This document shows positions 1 to 12,600 of a DNA stretch of 33,347 bases, in pieces (positions within the stretch are counted from its first letter, which is position 1; every line of letters begins with the position of its first letter). The stretch covers positions 1 to 33,347 of the forward strand of contig JASEHA010000002.1 in assembly GCA_030018795.1 (NCBI GenBank), written 5' to 3'. The notes under the pieces were generated by a model. The model searched no databases. It worked only from the letters and a program-made list of their open reading frames with translations, and had not been told where the DNA came from. This stretch comes from a bacterium. GTDB lineage: Bacteria; UBA9089; CG2-30-40-21. The translations under genes were made by a program, and so were the position numbers.

Positions 1-660
1 GGCACCAATGCAAGCATTCAGCAGGCAGCCACTGGGCAGTATGGATCGTTTACCACAAGCTGGACAGTTGATGTCCAGGCGTATGGGACAACAACCGTGA
101 CAGCCAGAGGGGTGAGCGTGGCCACAAATGTGTTCAATATCCAGCCGCAGCTTGTCAGCGTTGTACCGACACAGGGGAGTGTTGGCACTATAGTGACGAT
201 TCTGGGCACAGGCTATGCATCAGGCGATAATATTACGGTAGCGTTTGGGACAAATGTTGGTATTCAGCAGGCAGTTGCCGGACAATATGGCTCATTTAGT
301 ACAAGCTGGACAGTTGATACCCAAAAGTATGGAACATGCACTATTACTGCCAGCGGTGTGAGTGTTGCTACGAATGTATTCAGTATCCAACCGCAGGTGG
401 TCAGCATTGTCCCGATACAAGGAAGCGTTGGCACAGTAGTAACTATTAGCTGCACAGGGTATGGTCCAAGCAACACAATCAGAATCAGCTTTGGCACCAC
501 AAATACCCTGACAACAGCTAAGGCAAGTAGTTATGGAACTATGACAACAATCTTTACCGTGAATACTCAAGTATTTGGAACAACAAGTGTTGTTGCTACA
601 AGCCAGAATACTAAGGACATTTCAGGCAAATATATTAACAATTTCAAGGAGTTTAAGATA
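1..660 (+). repeat. 5' block of 'YGSW/F-type' (B1) modules: one truncated plus two complete. It ends in an atypical Lys-rich junction linker.
   Basis: Modules read ...GQYGSFTTSWTVDVQAYGTTTVTARGVSVATNVFNIQPQLVSVVPTQGSVGTIVTILGTGYASGDNITVAFGTNVGIQQAVAGQYGSFSTSWTVDTQKYGTCTITASG... The third module ends with SQNTKDISGKYINNFKEFKIL (about 601-663) instead of the usual F-F-I-Q-P-Q linker. Confidence 0.75.
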
Positions 661-3600
661 CTTACAGCCATTTATATCACCCCAACTGAGGGTACGGTAG
701 GAACATTTGTGACTGTAACTGGTAATGGTTATGGCCAGATTGAGAACATAAGAATAGACTTTGGGACAACTATAAGTATGGTTAGTACTCAAAGCACAGC
801 AAATGGTAGCTTTACAGCAGTGTTTACTACCAATCCACAACCTACATTAGGTGTAATGGTTACAGCTGTTGGTGCAGTTACACAATATCCATCCAGCCGG
901 GTATTTGGTGTGGGGGCAAAGATTACCAGCGTTGTCCCTTCACATGGAACGGTTGGGACATTGGTCACAGTGGATGGCAATGGGTTTGGCAGCGAGGAAA
1001 CAATAATCTTAAGTTTTGGGCATACATCAGAGATAGCTGAGACAATGTCATTAATTGATGGAATATTCTCAAGCATCTTTGTCATTGATACTCAAAGCTA
1101 TGGATCAACAACCATTACTGCGGTTGGACAGACAACAAATCTGTCATCAAAGATAGACTTTAAGATAGAGCCAGAACTGGTAAACGTTATCCCAACTTGC
1201 GGTACGGTAGGGAGCAGTGTTACCATTAGTTGTACAGGTTATGGTGCCGAAGAGGCTGTATATGTTTCCTTTGGCAATGTAGAGAGTATTGCGACTGGTA
1301 TTGCTGGCATTGATGGGACACTTACCGTAGTATTTACAATAGATACTCAAAGCTATGCCACAAAGAGCGTAAAAGCAACTGGCATTACAACACAGGAAGC
1401 AGCAGTCAATACCTTCTACATTACCCCACAGCTGGTAAATGTTGTCCCAACTTGCGGTACAGTAGGGAGCAGTGTTACTGTTACGGGTACAGGCTATGGT
1501 GCGGGCGAAACGGTATGGGTAGATTTTGGCAAGACCATGAGCATAACTATGGGTGAAGCTGGTGAGGCAGGAGTATTTACCGCAGTGTTTACGGTTGATA
1601 CCCAGAGGTATGGGACACGGACGGTTGTAGCAACAGGCCAGCTGACACAACATGCTGCCAGTAATACATTCTATATTACCCCAGAATTAGTAAGCGTTAC
1701 ACCAAAGCTTGGTACGGTTGGCAGCTTTGTAACTGTGTTTGGCAGCGGCTATGGAGCAAGTGAAACCGTAAAGATAGGCTTTGGCAAGACTGTAAGCATT
1801 GTCAATAACATGACAGGTGCGGATGGTACATTTACGGCTGTCTTTACAGTTAATACCCAGGAATATGGGACAAAGACAATGATGGCAACCGGTCTGGCAA
1901 CAAATCATGCAGCAAGCAATACATTCTGTATTATAACCAATATAATAAGCGTAACACCTTCAACTGGTACGGTTGGAAGATCTGTGACTGTCAAGGGTAC
2001 TGGCTATGGTAATGGTGAGGTGGTGCTGGCAAACTTTGGCAAGACATCAGGTATTAATAGTGGTACGGCAAGCACTAATGGTACATGGACAATAGTATTT
2101 ACAGTGGATACTCAAAGCTATGCCACAAAGAGCATAAAGGCAACAGGGGTTGTAACACAGTATGCGGCTGTTAATGATACCTTCTTCATTATACCAAAGG
2201 TAGTAAGCGTAACACCTTCGACTGGTACGGTTGGAAGCTATGTGACCATATATGGCAATGGCTATAGCAGTGAAGAGCATGTGTGGGTTGACTTTGGTCA
2301 AACCATGACCATAGCCACAGGTATTGCCAGCAGCGATGGCAGCTTTACCGTGGTGTTTACTATTGATACCCAGAGGTATGCCACCAGGACCATAACTGCT
2401 ACAGGTGTTGACATTCAACTGCATAGTGCGGCAAATACCTTCTATATCACGCCAGAGGTGGTAAGTGTTACACCAAATAGCGGGACAGTGGGGACATTTG
2501 TAACCGTGTACTCCACAGGCTATGGTTCAGAAGAGGCTGTGCAAATAGACTTTGGCAAGACTGTGAGCATGGTTATGGGTGCAACCAGTGTGGATGGCAC
2601 ATTTACGGTGGTATTTACCATTGATATGCAACGATATGCGACAACAACTGTGATGGCAACAGGGGTTAGCACTCAGCACAGTGCAGCAAACACTTTCTAC
2701 ATTACTCCAAAGATAGTCAGTGTTACACCGTCGATGGGCACGGTTGGAACATATGTCACCATATACTCTACGGGTTATGGCTCAGGTGAAGCTGTGCAAG
2801 TAGACTTTGGGCAGACAGTGAGCAGGATTAGCTGTCTGGCGGGCAATAATGGTACATTTACAGTAGTGTTTACGGTTGACACGCAGGCATATGCCACTAA
2901 GACCATAACAGCTATTGGTGTTAGTACACAGCATGGTGCTATAAATACCTTCTATATTATGCCTCAAGTAGTAAGGGTAACACCTTCAAGGGGTACGGTG
3001 GGCACAGATGTTACAATTAGTTGTACAGGCTATGGTCCAGGAGAGGCTGTACAGGTTTCGTTTGGCAATGTAGGTAGTATTGCTACAGGTATTGTCAGCA
3101 ATGATGGGACATTTAGTGTTGTATTCGAGATTGATACCCAAATCTATGCAACCAAGACGATAACCGCTTTAGGGCTTGAGACACAGTATCCAGCAGTTAA
3201 TACCTTCTATATTACACCAGAGGTGGTAAGTGTAGTTCCAACAACAGGTACGGTTGGCAGTTGTGTTACCATTAATGGTACTGGATATGGTGACAATGAA
3301 ACCATAAATGTTAGTTTCGGTGTAGCAGGGAATATTACTTCAAGCCAGTCTTCAGCTATTGGGACATTTATTGCCACATTTACTGTAGATACCCAATACT
3401 ATGGGACAAAGACGGTTAGTGCCATTGGCGTAAATACGCTGCATGCAGCAGAGAATAGATTCTTTATTACCCCGCAGATGGTCTGGGTAACACCGAATTC
3501 AGCTACAGTAGGAACGATTGTGACCATTAAGGGAACTGGGTATGGGTTGTATGAAACAGTGAAGATTGATTTTGGCAATACATCAATCATAAAATCTGCA

Positions 3601-6600
3601 ACCACAGATTGGGCAGGAACATTCAGTTGTACCTTTACCATAAATACGCAGGTTTATGGGGATAAGACTATTACTGGTACTGGACAGGCAACAAAGTGTC
3701 CAGCAGGGATAAACTTCTTTATACGTGGTGCCATTACCCATATTTCACCACACTCAGCTACAGTAGGGGCAAGGATTACTGTCTTTGGTAATGGGTTTGG
3801 TGAAGAGGAGTTTATTACTATAGACTTTGGTACATATGTAGGAATAAATGCTGATTATGCCCATAGTAATGGCAGCTTTAATATTGCCTTTATAGTTAAT
3901 ACGCAACCTTCTGGCAGCCTGACTGTTTGGGCAACTGGTGGAAGTACATGGGAGAGGGATGAGCATCTCTTTATTATTACTGGTATTACCATGGTTAAGC
4001 CGACATCAGGACCGATAAGTACAGTGGTAACACTGTCTGGTGCAGGGTATTATGCGAGCGAATATGTCCAGATTGACCTTGGGACAGCTATTAATATTAA
4101 CAGACCTTTGACAGATGCAAATGGTAAGTTCTATACAACCTTTACCATTAATGATCCACAGTTCTATGGGATAAAGACCATTACTGCTGCTGGTCAGACA
4201 TCTAATCGTCTGGATATTGACTGGTTCAAGATTACCCCAAGGGTATACTTAATAAGCCCGTCAAGGGGTACGATAGGCACACCAATCATTATTAAGGGTG
4301 ATGGTTGGGAGCCAACCCTGAATTATCCGAATATATATCCAAATACGGTCTGGATTGAGGTAGACTTTGGTAGTCATGTGTGGAGAGGTATTGATCCTGA
4401 TACAGGTATCAGTCCAAGAACATCAGAACTTGGTACATTTACAGCTATGATTGATGATGCTGGTTCTCAACCAGGCGGGAGCATCTCTGTGACCGTGTCA
4501 GAGGCAGATAATCCAACTCTGATGGTTAAGGTACCATTCTATATTGAGGGTGAGATCACAAAGATTGAACCATCTATTGGTACGGTTGGCTCTCAAGTGA
4601 CGGTTGAGGGTCGTGGTTATGGTAATCTTGAGGGTGTGAGAATAGACTTTGGGACATCATGGGGGATTGTGCCCAGTACCAATAATAAAGCTGATAGTCA
4701 GGGTGTCTTTAGCACGGTATTTGTAATAGATATGCAGCCATGTGGCTCCACCACGGTCAGGGCTACTGGAGAACAGAGCAAGGTAACCATGACTAAACCA
4801 TTTGCTATCTTACCAAATATTATTACCCTGAATCCGAGTACTGGATTCTCGGGGATGATTATTCGGCTTGAAGGTAATGGGTTTGGATCATCAGAGGCAA
4901 TCAAAATAGGGTTTGGGACAACACCAACCATGCAGATAACAAGTACAGATGTAAATGGTTGGTTTGGGACAACCTTTACTGTGGATGTTCAGGCAAAGGG
5001 TGAGGTAAATATTCCGGTAATTGGTCTTAATTCTAATGTTATGGCCACAAGCACCTTCTGGATGCAGTCAGGGATTACACTAATAACGCCGAGTATCGGG
5101 ACGGTTGGAGTGACTGTAACCGTATATGGTGCTGGGTTCTGGCCAAATAGTGGTGTAACCATAGATTTTGGGAAAACACCAGCTATTAATGCAGCAAGTC
5201 CTGTATCTGCTTCATCCATGGGGACATTCTGTGCTACATTTGTAGTGAACTCTCAAAGCTATGGAACGACTACTGTCAGGGCAAAGAATTATAATGTAGA
5301 ACAGTATAATTGGGCAATTGATGATGATTACTTCTTTATCAAGGCTAATATAGCGACTGCTGTGCCTGCTGCTGGAACAGTAGGCAGGGTGGTGTCTATT
5401 ATCGGGGCAGGTTATAAATATAATGAGATAATAGATGTGAAATTTGGGACGACAAATAAGATAGCAACTACTGTTGCAAGTTTTGAGACAGGATACTATG
5501 GTGATGGCGGGACATTTGCAACAACCTTTACGGTTGATATGCAGGCATATGGGAATGTGACCATTGAGGCTGTTGGCAGGACCTCTGGTGCAAAGGGTAA
5601 TAGGATGTTCCTGCTTAGTGGTAATATTACCCTAATAACACCTTCTATTGGTACAGTGGGGACATGGGTAAGTATAACCGGCAATGGATATGCAGCCTCA
5701 GAGATTATTCGAATTGACCTGGGCACAACAAAGACGATTACCCTGGCTACAGCAACCTCTGGCGGCAACTTTAGTACAAGATTTATGATTGATAATCAGC
5801 CATATGGAACAACAACGGTTACTGCTTATGGAAATATATCGAAGCAGCAGATAAATGGCAAATTTAAGGTTATGCAGAGGATTGCCAGTGTTTCGCCATC
5901 CTCTGGTAGTACTGGAAACGTGATTACAGTTACTGGTGATGGTTATCATGCCGGTCAGGGGATAGGATTAAGCTTTGGAAGTACATCAAATATTGTCTCT
6001 ACAATAGTGGGTGCAAACGGCAGGTTTGAGGCTGTGTTTACGGTTGACATGCAGCCTTATGGTTCAAGGAGCATAGTAGCAATAGATACTGAAGGGCTTG
6101 TTGGTGAAGCAACCTTTAAGATTATGGCTAATATATCTCTGGTTTCTCCATCTCAATCACCGGTAGGAACAACCATTAGTATAGAGGGTAATGGGTATGG
6201 CAGAACAGAACAAATGTTTATCCTCTTTGCCAATAATCCGGTTGAGGATGCTACTGATATATGGAGTGATGCGAATGGTTGGTTTAGTGGGAGTTTTGTA
6301 GTAGACAGTCAACCCTATGGGACAACAACAATTCTTTGTTATGGTATGACTTCTAACGCAAAGGGTGAAAATTATTTATTGGTTATACCAAAGATTATTT
6401 CAATTACACCTGTCTCCTGTAGTGTTGGCAGTGTGGTAAGTATTGTTGGGGCAGGGTTTGTACCAACAGATGATATTACCGTTAGTTTTGGGACAACACA
6501 AAATATTAGGAATATTGTGACCTCAAGTATGGGTACATTCAGCATGGAATTTACGGTTGATGTTCAGCCTTATGGGACAGCAACCTTAGTTGCTATGAGT

Positions 6601-9600
6601 GCAATAACCAGGGTTGAGGAATATCTCAATATTTTGCCAAGGGTTATCATGGTTTCTCCATCCCAGGGTACTATTGGCAGTTATGTTATGATTATGGGTA
6701 ATGGGTATGGGTCAGGCGATATTATCCAGGTTAATTTTGGTAAGGCATCAAGCATCTGTAGGACAATAGCAAATGAAGTAGGTGAATTTATAGCAGGGTT
6801 TATGGTTGATACTCAGGTCTATGGCAATACAATTATTTCAGCAAAGGGTATAAAGGCTGGTACAGCTACAGGCAACTTTATCATTCTTCCTGAATTAATC
6901 AGGGTTGAGCCTTCAATGGGTACGGTTGGTACTCCGGTTATTGTTTCAGGTCAGGGTTATGCTGCCTCAGAAACTGTATATATCAGGTTTGGGAATAATA
7001 TGGAGCCGATAGCTGATACTATAACCAATGAATTGGGGATATTTACGGCTGCCTTTGTTGTGAATACTCAGAGTTTTGGGACAACAACTGTTAATGCTAT
7101 TGGTGTCAACTCTTCATCATCAGCTAATTATTTCTTTATTACACCGCAGTTCTATGAGGTTGCACCGACAAGTGGTACAATAGGCATATCAATAACCATT
7201 CGCGGAAATGGATATACTGCAAATGACCTTATCACTATTGATATTGGAACCACTCCTGAGATATTGAAGAATAAACTGGCTGAGCCTGATGGCTCCTTTA
7301 TCTTAAGCTTTACAGTAAATACCCAGGTTTTTGGGACATGCACTATTGTCGCTAAGGGTATGTATTCATCTACAGCTAAGAATCTATTCTTTGTTGTTCC
7401 GCAGATAGTTGAGATTACGCCAACCATTGGTACGGTGGGAACAATAGTTAACTTAAGCGGTAATGGGTATATAAGCGGTGAAAGAATAAAGGTTGGCTTT
7501 GGGCAGATTGAGTCAATGACAACTATGGTAGCAGATACAGTCGGACAATTCTCAAACATATTTGCTATTGGTACCCAACCTTATGGGACAACAACAGTTA
7601 CGGCAACAGGGCTGATGAGTGAGAGTCAGGCATATACAAGGTTTATGGTTACTCAGCAGATAGTTTCTATATCACCTCAAGCAGGAACAATCGGGACAAT
7701 AGTGACTGTGGTTGGTAATGGTTATGGTTTATCTGCAGCTGTTCGCATAGACCTTGGCAGTATACAAAGCATTGCTCTGGTAAATTCAAATGTAAATGGT
7801 GTATTTACAGCTATATTTACGGTTGGACTGCAGACAGTGGGAACAAAGACAGTAACGGCAACAGGATTAAATACTGGTGTGGTATCAATGGTTGCATTCA
7901 AGATTAAGCCAAATATCTATTTGATTACACCAACAGAGGGTACGGTTGGGACGATAATTACCTTATGTGGTAATGGATATGGTGTTTATGAGACTATTAA
8001 TGTTGACTTTGGAACAACAAAAACAATCATGTCATTTAGTGCTTCAACTGGTGGGACATTTACAAAGACCTTTACTATAAACACTCAGGGTTATGGTACA
8101 ACCACGGTTATAGCCAGAGGGATTAGTGATGAGAGTATCCGAACAGTGATGATTAGAGGCAAGATGACCCTGATTACTCCAATCAAGGGAACAATAGGGA
8201 CATTTATTACTATCAGCGCTATAGGCTATAGGACAGGTGAAACTGTAAGGGTAAGCTTTGGGACCACTGTTACCCTGTCAACAATTCAAGCTACAGAGGC
8301 CGGGACATTTACCGTGATATTTACAGCTGATAATCAGCCTTATGGGACAAATACAATCTCAGTTTATGGTATCAGTTCAACTGAGAATATAATGGCAGGT
8401 TTTGCTGTAGATCCAAAGGTATACTATGTGTATCCGATTGCTGGTCCAAAGGATGCTACGATTGATGTCAGGGGTAATGGTTATGGTAAGAATGAGACAA
8501 TAAGGGTTGATTTTGGTCAGAGTCAGGCAATCATAGCTGTGATTGCAAATGCAGACGGCAGTTTTGCCGGACAGTTTAATGTTACGGATCAACCCGGTGG
8601 CGTAGCAACCATTACCGCTATTGGTATGACTACTGGGGCAAGGGATGAGTATGATCTGCAGTTTACTGTCAAGCCTGGTATTGTCTCTATGACGCCGACA
8701 AGAGGGACAGTGGGCACGATTATCAGGGTGTTTGGCAGCAACTATGTGCCAAGTGCAATAATCAGGATTGATTTTGGTGACAGTAAGAGTATTACTATCA
8801 GGCAGGCAGCTATAGACGGCACCTTTGATATCAGTTTTACGGTTGACACTCAACGTTGTGGCTGGCAGACGGTTGTAGCTACTAATGTTGATAATCCAAC
8901 TCAGACCGATTGGCGAGGATTTACCATAATAGGCCGAATAGTAACAAGTACACCAACAAGGGGCACTGTAGGGACAGTGGTCTCGATAGCTGGTGATGGA
9001 TATGGAGCAGCTGAATTAGTCAGGATTGATCTTGGTGTAACCTCAGGGATTAAGGCAATGGTCTCAACAACAAATGGTGTGTTCTCAGGCAGCTTTAGTG
9101 TAGATGCTCAAGCTTATGGGACATGCACCATTATTGCTAGTGGTCAGACTTCTGGTCAGTCTACCACATCTACATTCTTTGTTACACCTCGAATCAAGAC
9201 AGTAACACCAAATACTGGTACAGTGGGAACATCTGTGACCGTTATTGGTGATGGTTATGAGGCAGCAGACTTTATCTGGATTAATCTGGGAACAATGAAG
9301 AGCATTAGTTATGCAACCACAGATAATCTGGGGGTATTTAATGCAGTATTTACGGTTGATACTCAAGTTTATGGCACAACAACGATAAAGGCAATAGATG
9401 TTGTTTCGTCTGAGGCAACATTCTTTATTAAGCCGCAGGTTTACAGCGTCCTGCCGACATCTGGAACAGTAGGAACAGTGGTAACAGTATCTGGCACAGG
9501 TTATGCTGCTAATGACACTATAACTGTTGGTTTTGGTACAAATGCTACTATTCAAACGGCAGCAGCAGATATACGCGGATGGTTTAGTACAACATGGACA

Positions 9601-12600
9601 GTTGATACGCAAGTGTTTGGGACAACAACCATTACCGCTGCAGGAATAGCCGCAGCATACAATAGGTTTGTTGTTCTGCCACAAGTATATAGCGTGTTGC
9701 CAGCATCTGGTACAGTTGGCACGGTTGTGACTATTCAGGGCACAGGTTATGCAGCAGATGAAGCAATAACCATTGGCTTTGGTATAAACGACAATATCCA
9801 GCAGGCAGTGGCAAGCACATATGGGTCATGGACAGCTGTGTTTACCATTGATACTCAAGCCTATGGCTCGACAACCATCATGGCTCTTGGTGCTGGCAAG
9901 TCTGCTTACAGGCAATTCAAGATATTGCCTGGTATCTTGATGATGACACCAAAGAGTGGTAGTGTTGGTACTCAGATAAGCATAGTTGGTGCAGGCTATG
10001 GCAGTGATGAGGTTATAACCTTTGGTATTGGCTGGAGCCCAGCACTTGGCAGCCTTACCTCAAGCCAGCATGGCTCATTTAGTGTTTCGTTTACCGTAGA
10101 TATTCAGCCTTATGGGACAAGGACGGTTGTAGCTGTAAGCCCGATAGCCGGAACAGCTACGGAAAGGTTCTTTGTCAATGCTCAAATAACCAATGTCTTA
10201 CCACGATTCTCACCGTCAGGTGGGACTGTAGGCGTGATAGCCACGGTTGAGGGTAATGGCTATCTGCCAGGAGAGGCTGTCAGGATAGACTTTGGCTGGA
10301 CAAATTCGATTACAACAACAACAGCAGATAGTTATGGCGGATTTTTGGCTAAGTTTACAATAGATACACAACCCTATGGGACCACAACCATTAAGGCAGC
10401 AGGACTGATAAGTAATGCACAGGCTGATGCTTACTTTATTATCAACACTAATATTACTGCCATTACCCCGAATAAGGGTATTGTTGGTACAATGATTACC
10501 CTGAATGGGAACGGTTATGCAGCAGTTGAACAGGTAAGCGTTTCACTTGGGACAACTCAAATAATTACCCAGACAGCAACGAACAATAAGGGTGAGTTTG
10601 AGGCTGTGTTTACAGTAGATACTCAAGCTTATGGAGTTCTAACCGTAGCAGCAGAGGGAACTGTTTCCAGAACACCAGCCTATACAAGCTTTGTTATTGA
10701 GACTAAGATAACATCTGTATCTCCGTCAACAGGCACAGTAGGCACAATAGTAACTGTCAGTGGGACAGGCTATGCTGCAGGTGATGCTATTACCGTAGCC
10801 TTTGGAACGAATACAAATATTCAGCAGGTATCGGCAAGCAGCTCTGGGGCATGGACAGCTGTATTTACGGTAGACACTCAGAGGTATGGTTCGACTGCCA
10901 TCACCTCATCAGGTGGGGTGGCTGTGGCAAATAGTATGTTTGTTATCCAGCCGCAAGTGGTCAGTGTCAGCCCGAATAGTGGCACAGTTGGGACAGTGGT
11001 GATTATCACTGGTACTGGTTATGCGGCAAGTGATAGTGTTACCGTAGCCTTTGGAACAAACAATAATATTCAGCAGGCAGTAGCCAGTGAATATGGCTCA
11101 TGGACAACTATGTTTACGGTTAATGTTCAGGTGTATGGGACAACAACGATTACTGCCAGTGGTGCAGTGGCACAAGCAGGCAATACATTCTTTATCCATC
11201 CGCAGGTGGTCAGTGTTAGCCCGAATGCTGGTACAGTTGGCACAGTGGTGAGTATCTATGGCACGGGTTATGCAGCAGGAGATAATGTTACAATAATATT
11301 TGGAACCAATACGAACATCAAGCAGGCAGCTGCCAGTGTATACGGCTCATGGACAACTGCGTTTACGGTTGATGTTCAGGTGTATGGGACGACCACGATT
11401 ACTGCCTCTGGTGTGAAGGCTGTGGCAAACAATGTATTTGTCATCCAGCCACAGGTGGTCAGTATCAGCCCAACAACAGGAAGCGTGGGCACAATAGTGA
11501 GCATAGCAGGCACAGGCTATGCGGCAAATGATAACATTACCATAGCCTTTGGGACAAACAGCAGTATCAAGCTGATGACAGCTGGCAGCTATGGTTCGTT
11601 TACCACCAGCTGGACAGTTGATACTCAAGGTTTTGGGACATGCACCATCATTGCCTCTGGTGCAAAGGCTGTGGCAAGCAAACTGTTCTTTATCAAATCT
11701 CAGGTTTATCAAGTAAGCCCGTCAAGCGGTACGGTGGGGACAATAGTTAGTTTAAGCGGCACCGGGTTTGCTGTGGGAGAGGCAATAGCTGTTGCCTTTG
11801 GCACAACTCCAACCATTCAGACAGCAACAATGGATAATCGCGGCTGGTTTACCACTACCTTTACTGTTAATACCCAGCCGGTTGGGACAGTAACGATTAA
11901 GGCTGTTGCGGTTATGTCTCAGACAGCAGTAAACTACTTTGTCATTGACGGCAATTTGAGTATTTCACCAAATACCGGGACAGTAGGGACGATTGTTAAT
12001 GTAAATGGCTCCGGGTTTGGTGCCAGTGATACGGTAAGGATTGATCTTGGCTTAACCACAAGTATTGCGACAATAGACTGCAGTAATCTGGGAACGTTTA
12101 GTACCTCATTTACGATTAATACTCAAAGCTATGGGACAACTACGGTAAAAGCAAATGGTGTTATCAGTGTTCAGAAGACATTCTTTATTCAGCCGCAGGT
12201 CTGGAGGGTAACACCAACCACAGGCACAGTAGGAACATTAGTAACCGTATCAGGCACAGGGTATGGAGCAAGTGAGACAGCAACCATTGCCTTTGGTACA
12301 AATTCTGGTATCAAGATAACTACAGCAAGTAATAAAGGCTCATGGACAACTGTATGGACTGTTGATACTCAGGTTTATGGGACAACAAGTATTATTGCCA
12401 GTGGTGCTAAGGCTGTGGCAGATAATGTGTTTGTTATTAAGCCGCAGGTTGTCAGTGTTACACCAACAGCAGGCACGGTTGGCACTATCGTTACGATTTA
12501 CAGCACAGGCTATGCCGCAGGCGAGACAGTGAAGATTGCCTTTGGCATCAATGCGAGCATTCAGCAGACAATTGCCGGGCAGTATGGATCGTGGACAACA

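Larger units (their letters stand above)
661..9438 (+). repeat. Zone A: 34 modules with a predominantly 255-nt (85-codon) period, of the 'G-N/T-G-Y-G-x-x-E-x-V-x-(I/V)-D-F-G' type.
   Basis: The conserved Pro sits at 682, 937, 1192 ... 9208, with spacing mostly exactly 255 nt. Typical modules: VSVTPSTGTVGSYVTIYGNGYSSEEHVWVDFGQTMTIATGIASSDGSFTVVFTIDTQRYATRTITATG and LITPTEGTVGTIITLCGNGYGVYETINVDFGTTKTIMSFSASTGGTFTKTFTINTQGYGTTTVIARG. Confidence 0.75.

Noticed and set aside
541-543. Internal in-frame ATG codons (for example 541, 2287 and 4000-region Met codons) as possible translation starts of smaller genes.
   Set aside because: The sequence immediately upstream of each is the same repeat module in the same frame, with no stop, no intergenic gap and no evident Shine-Dalgarno or promoter context. 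They are internal Met residues.
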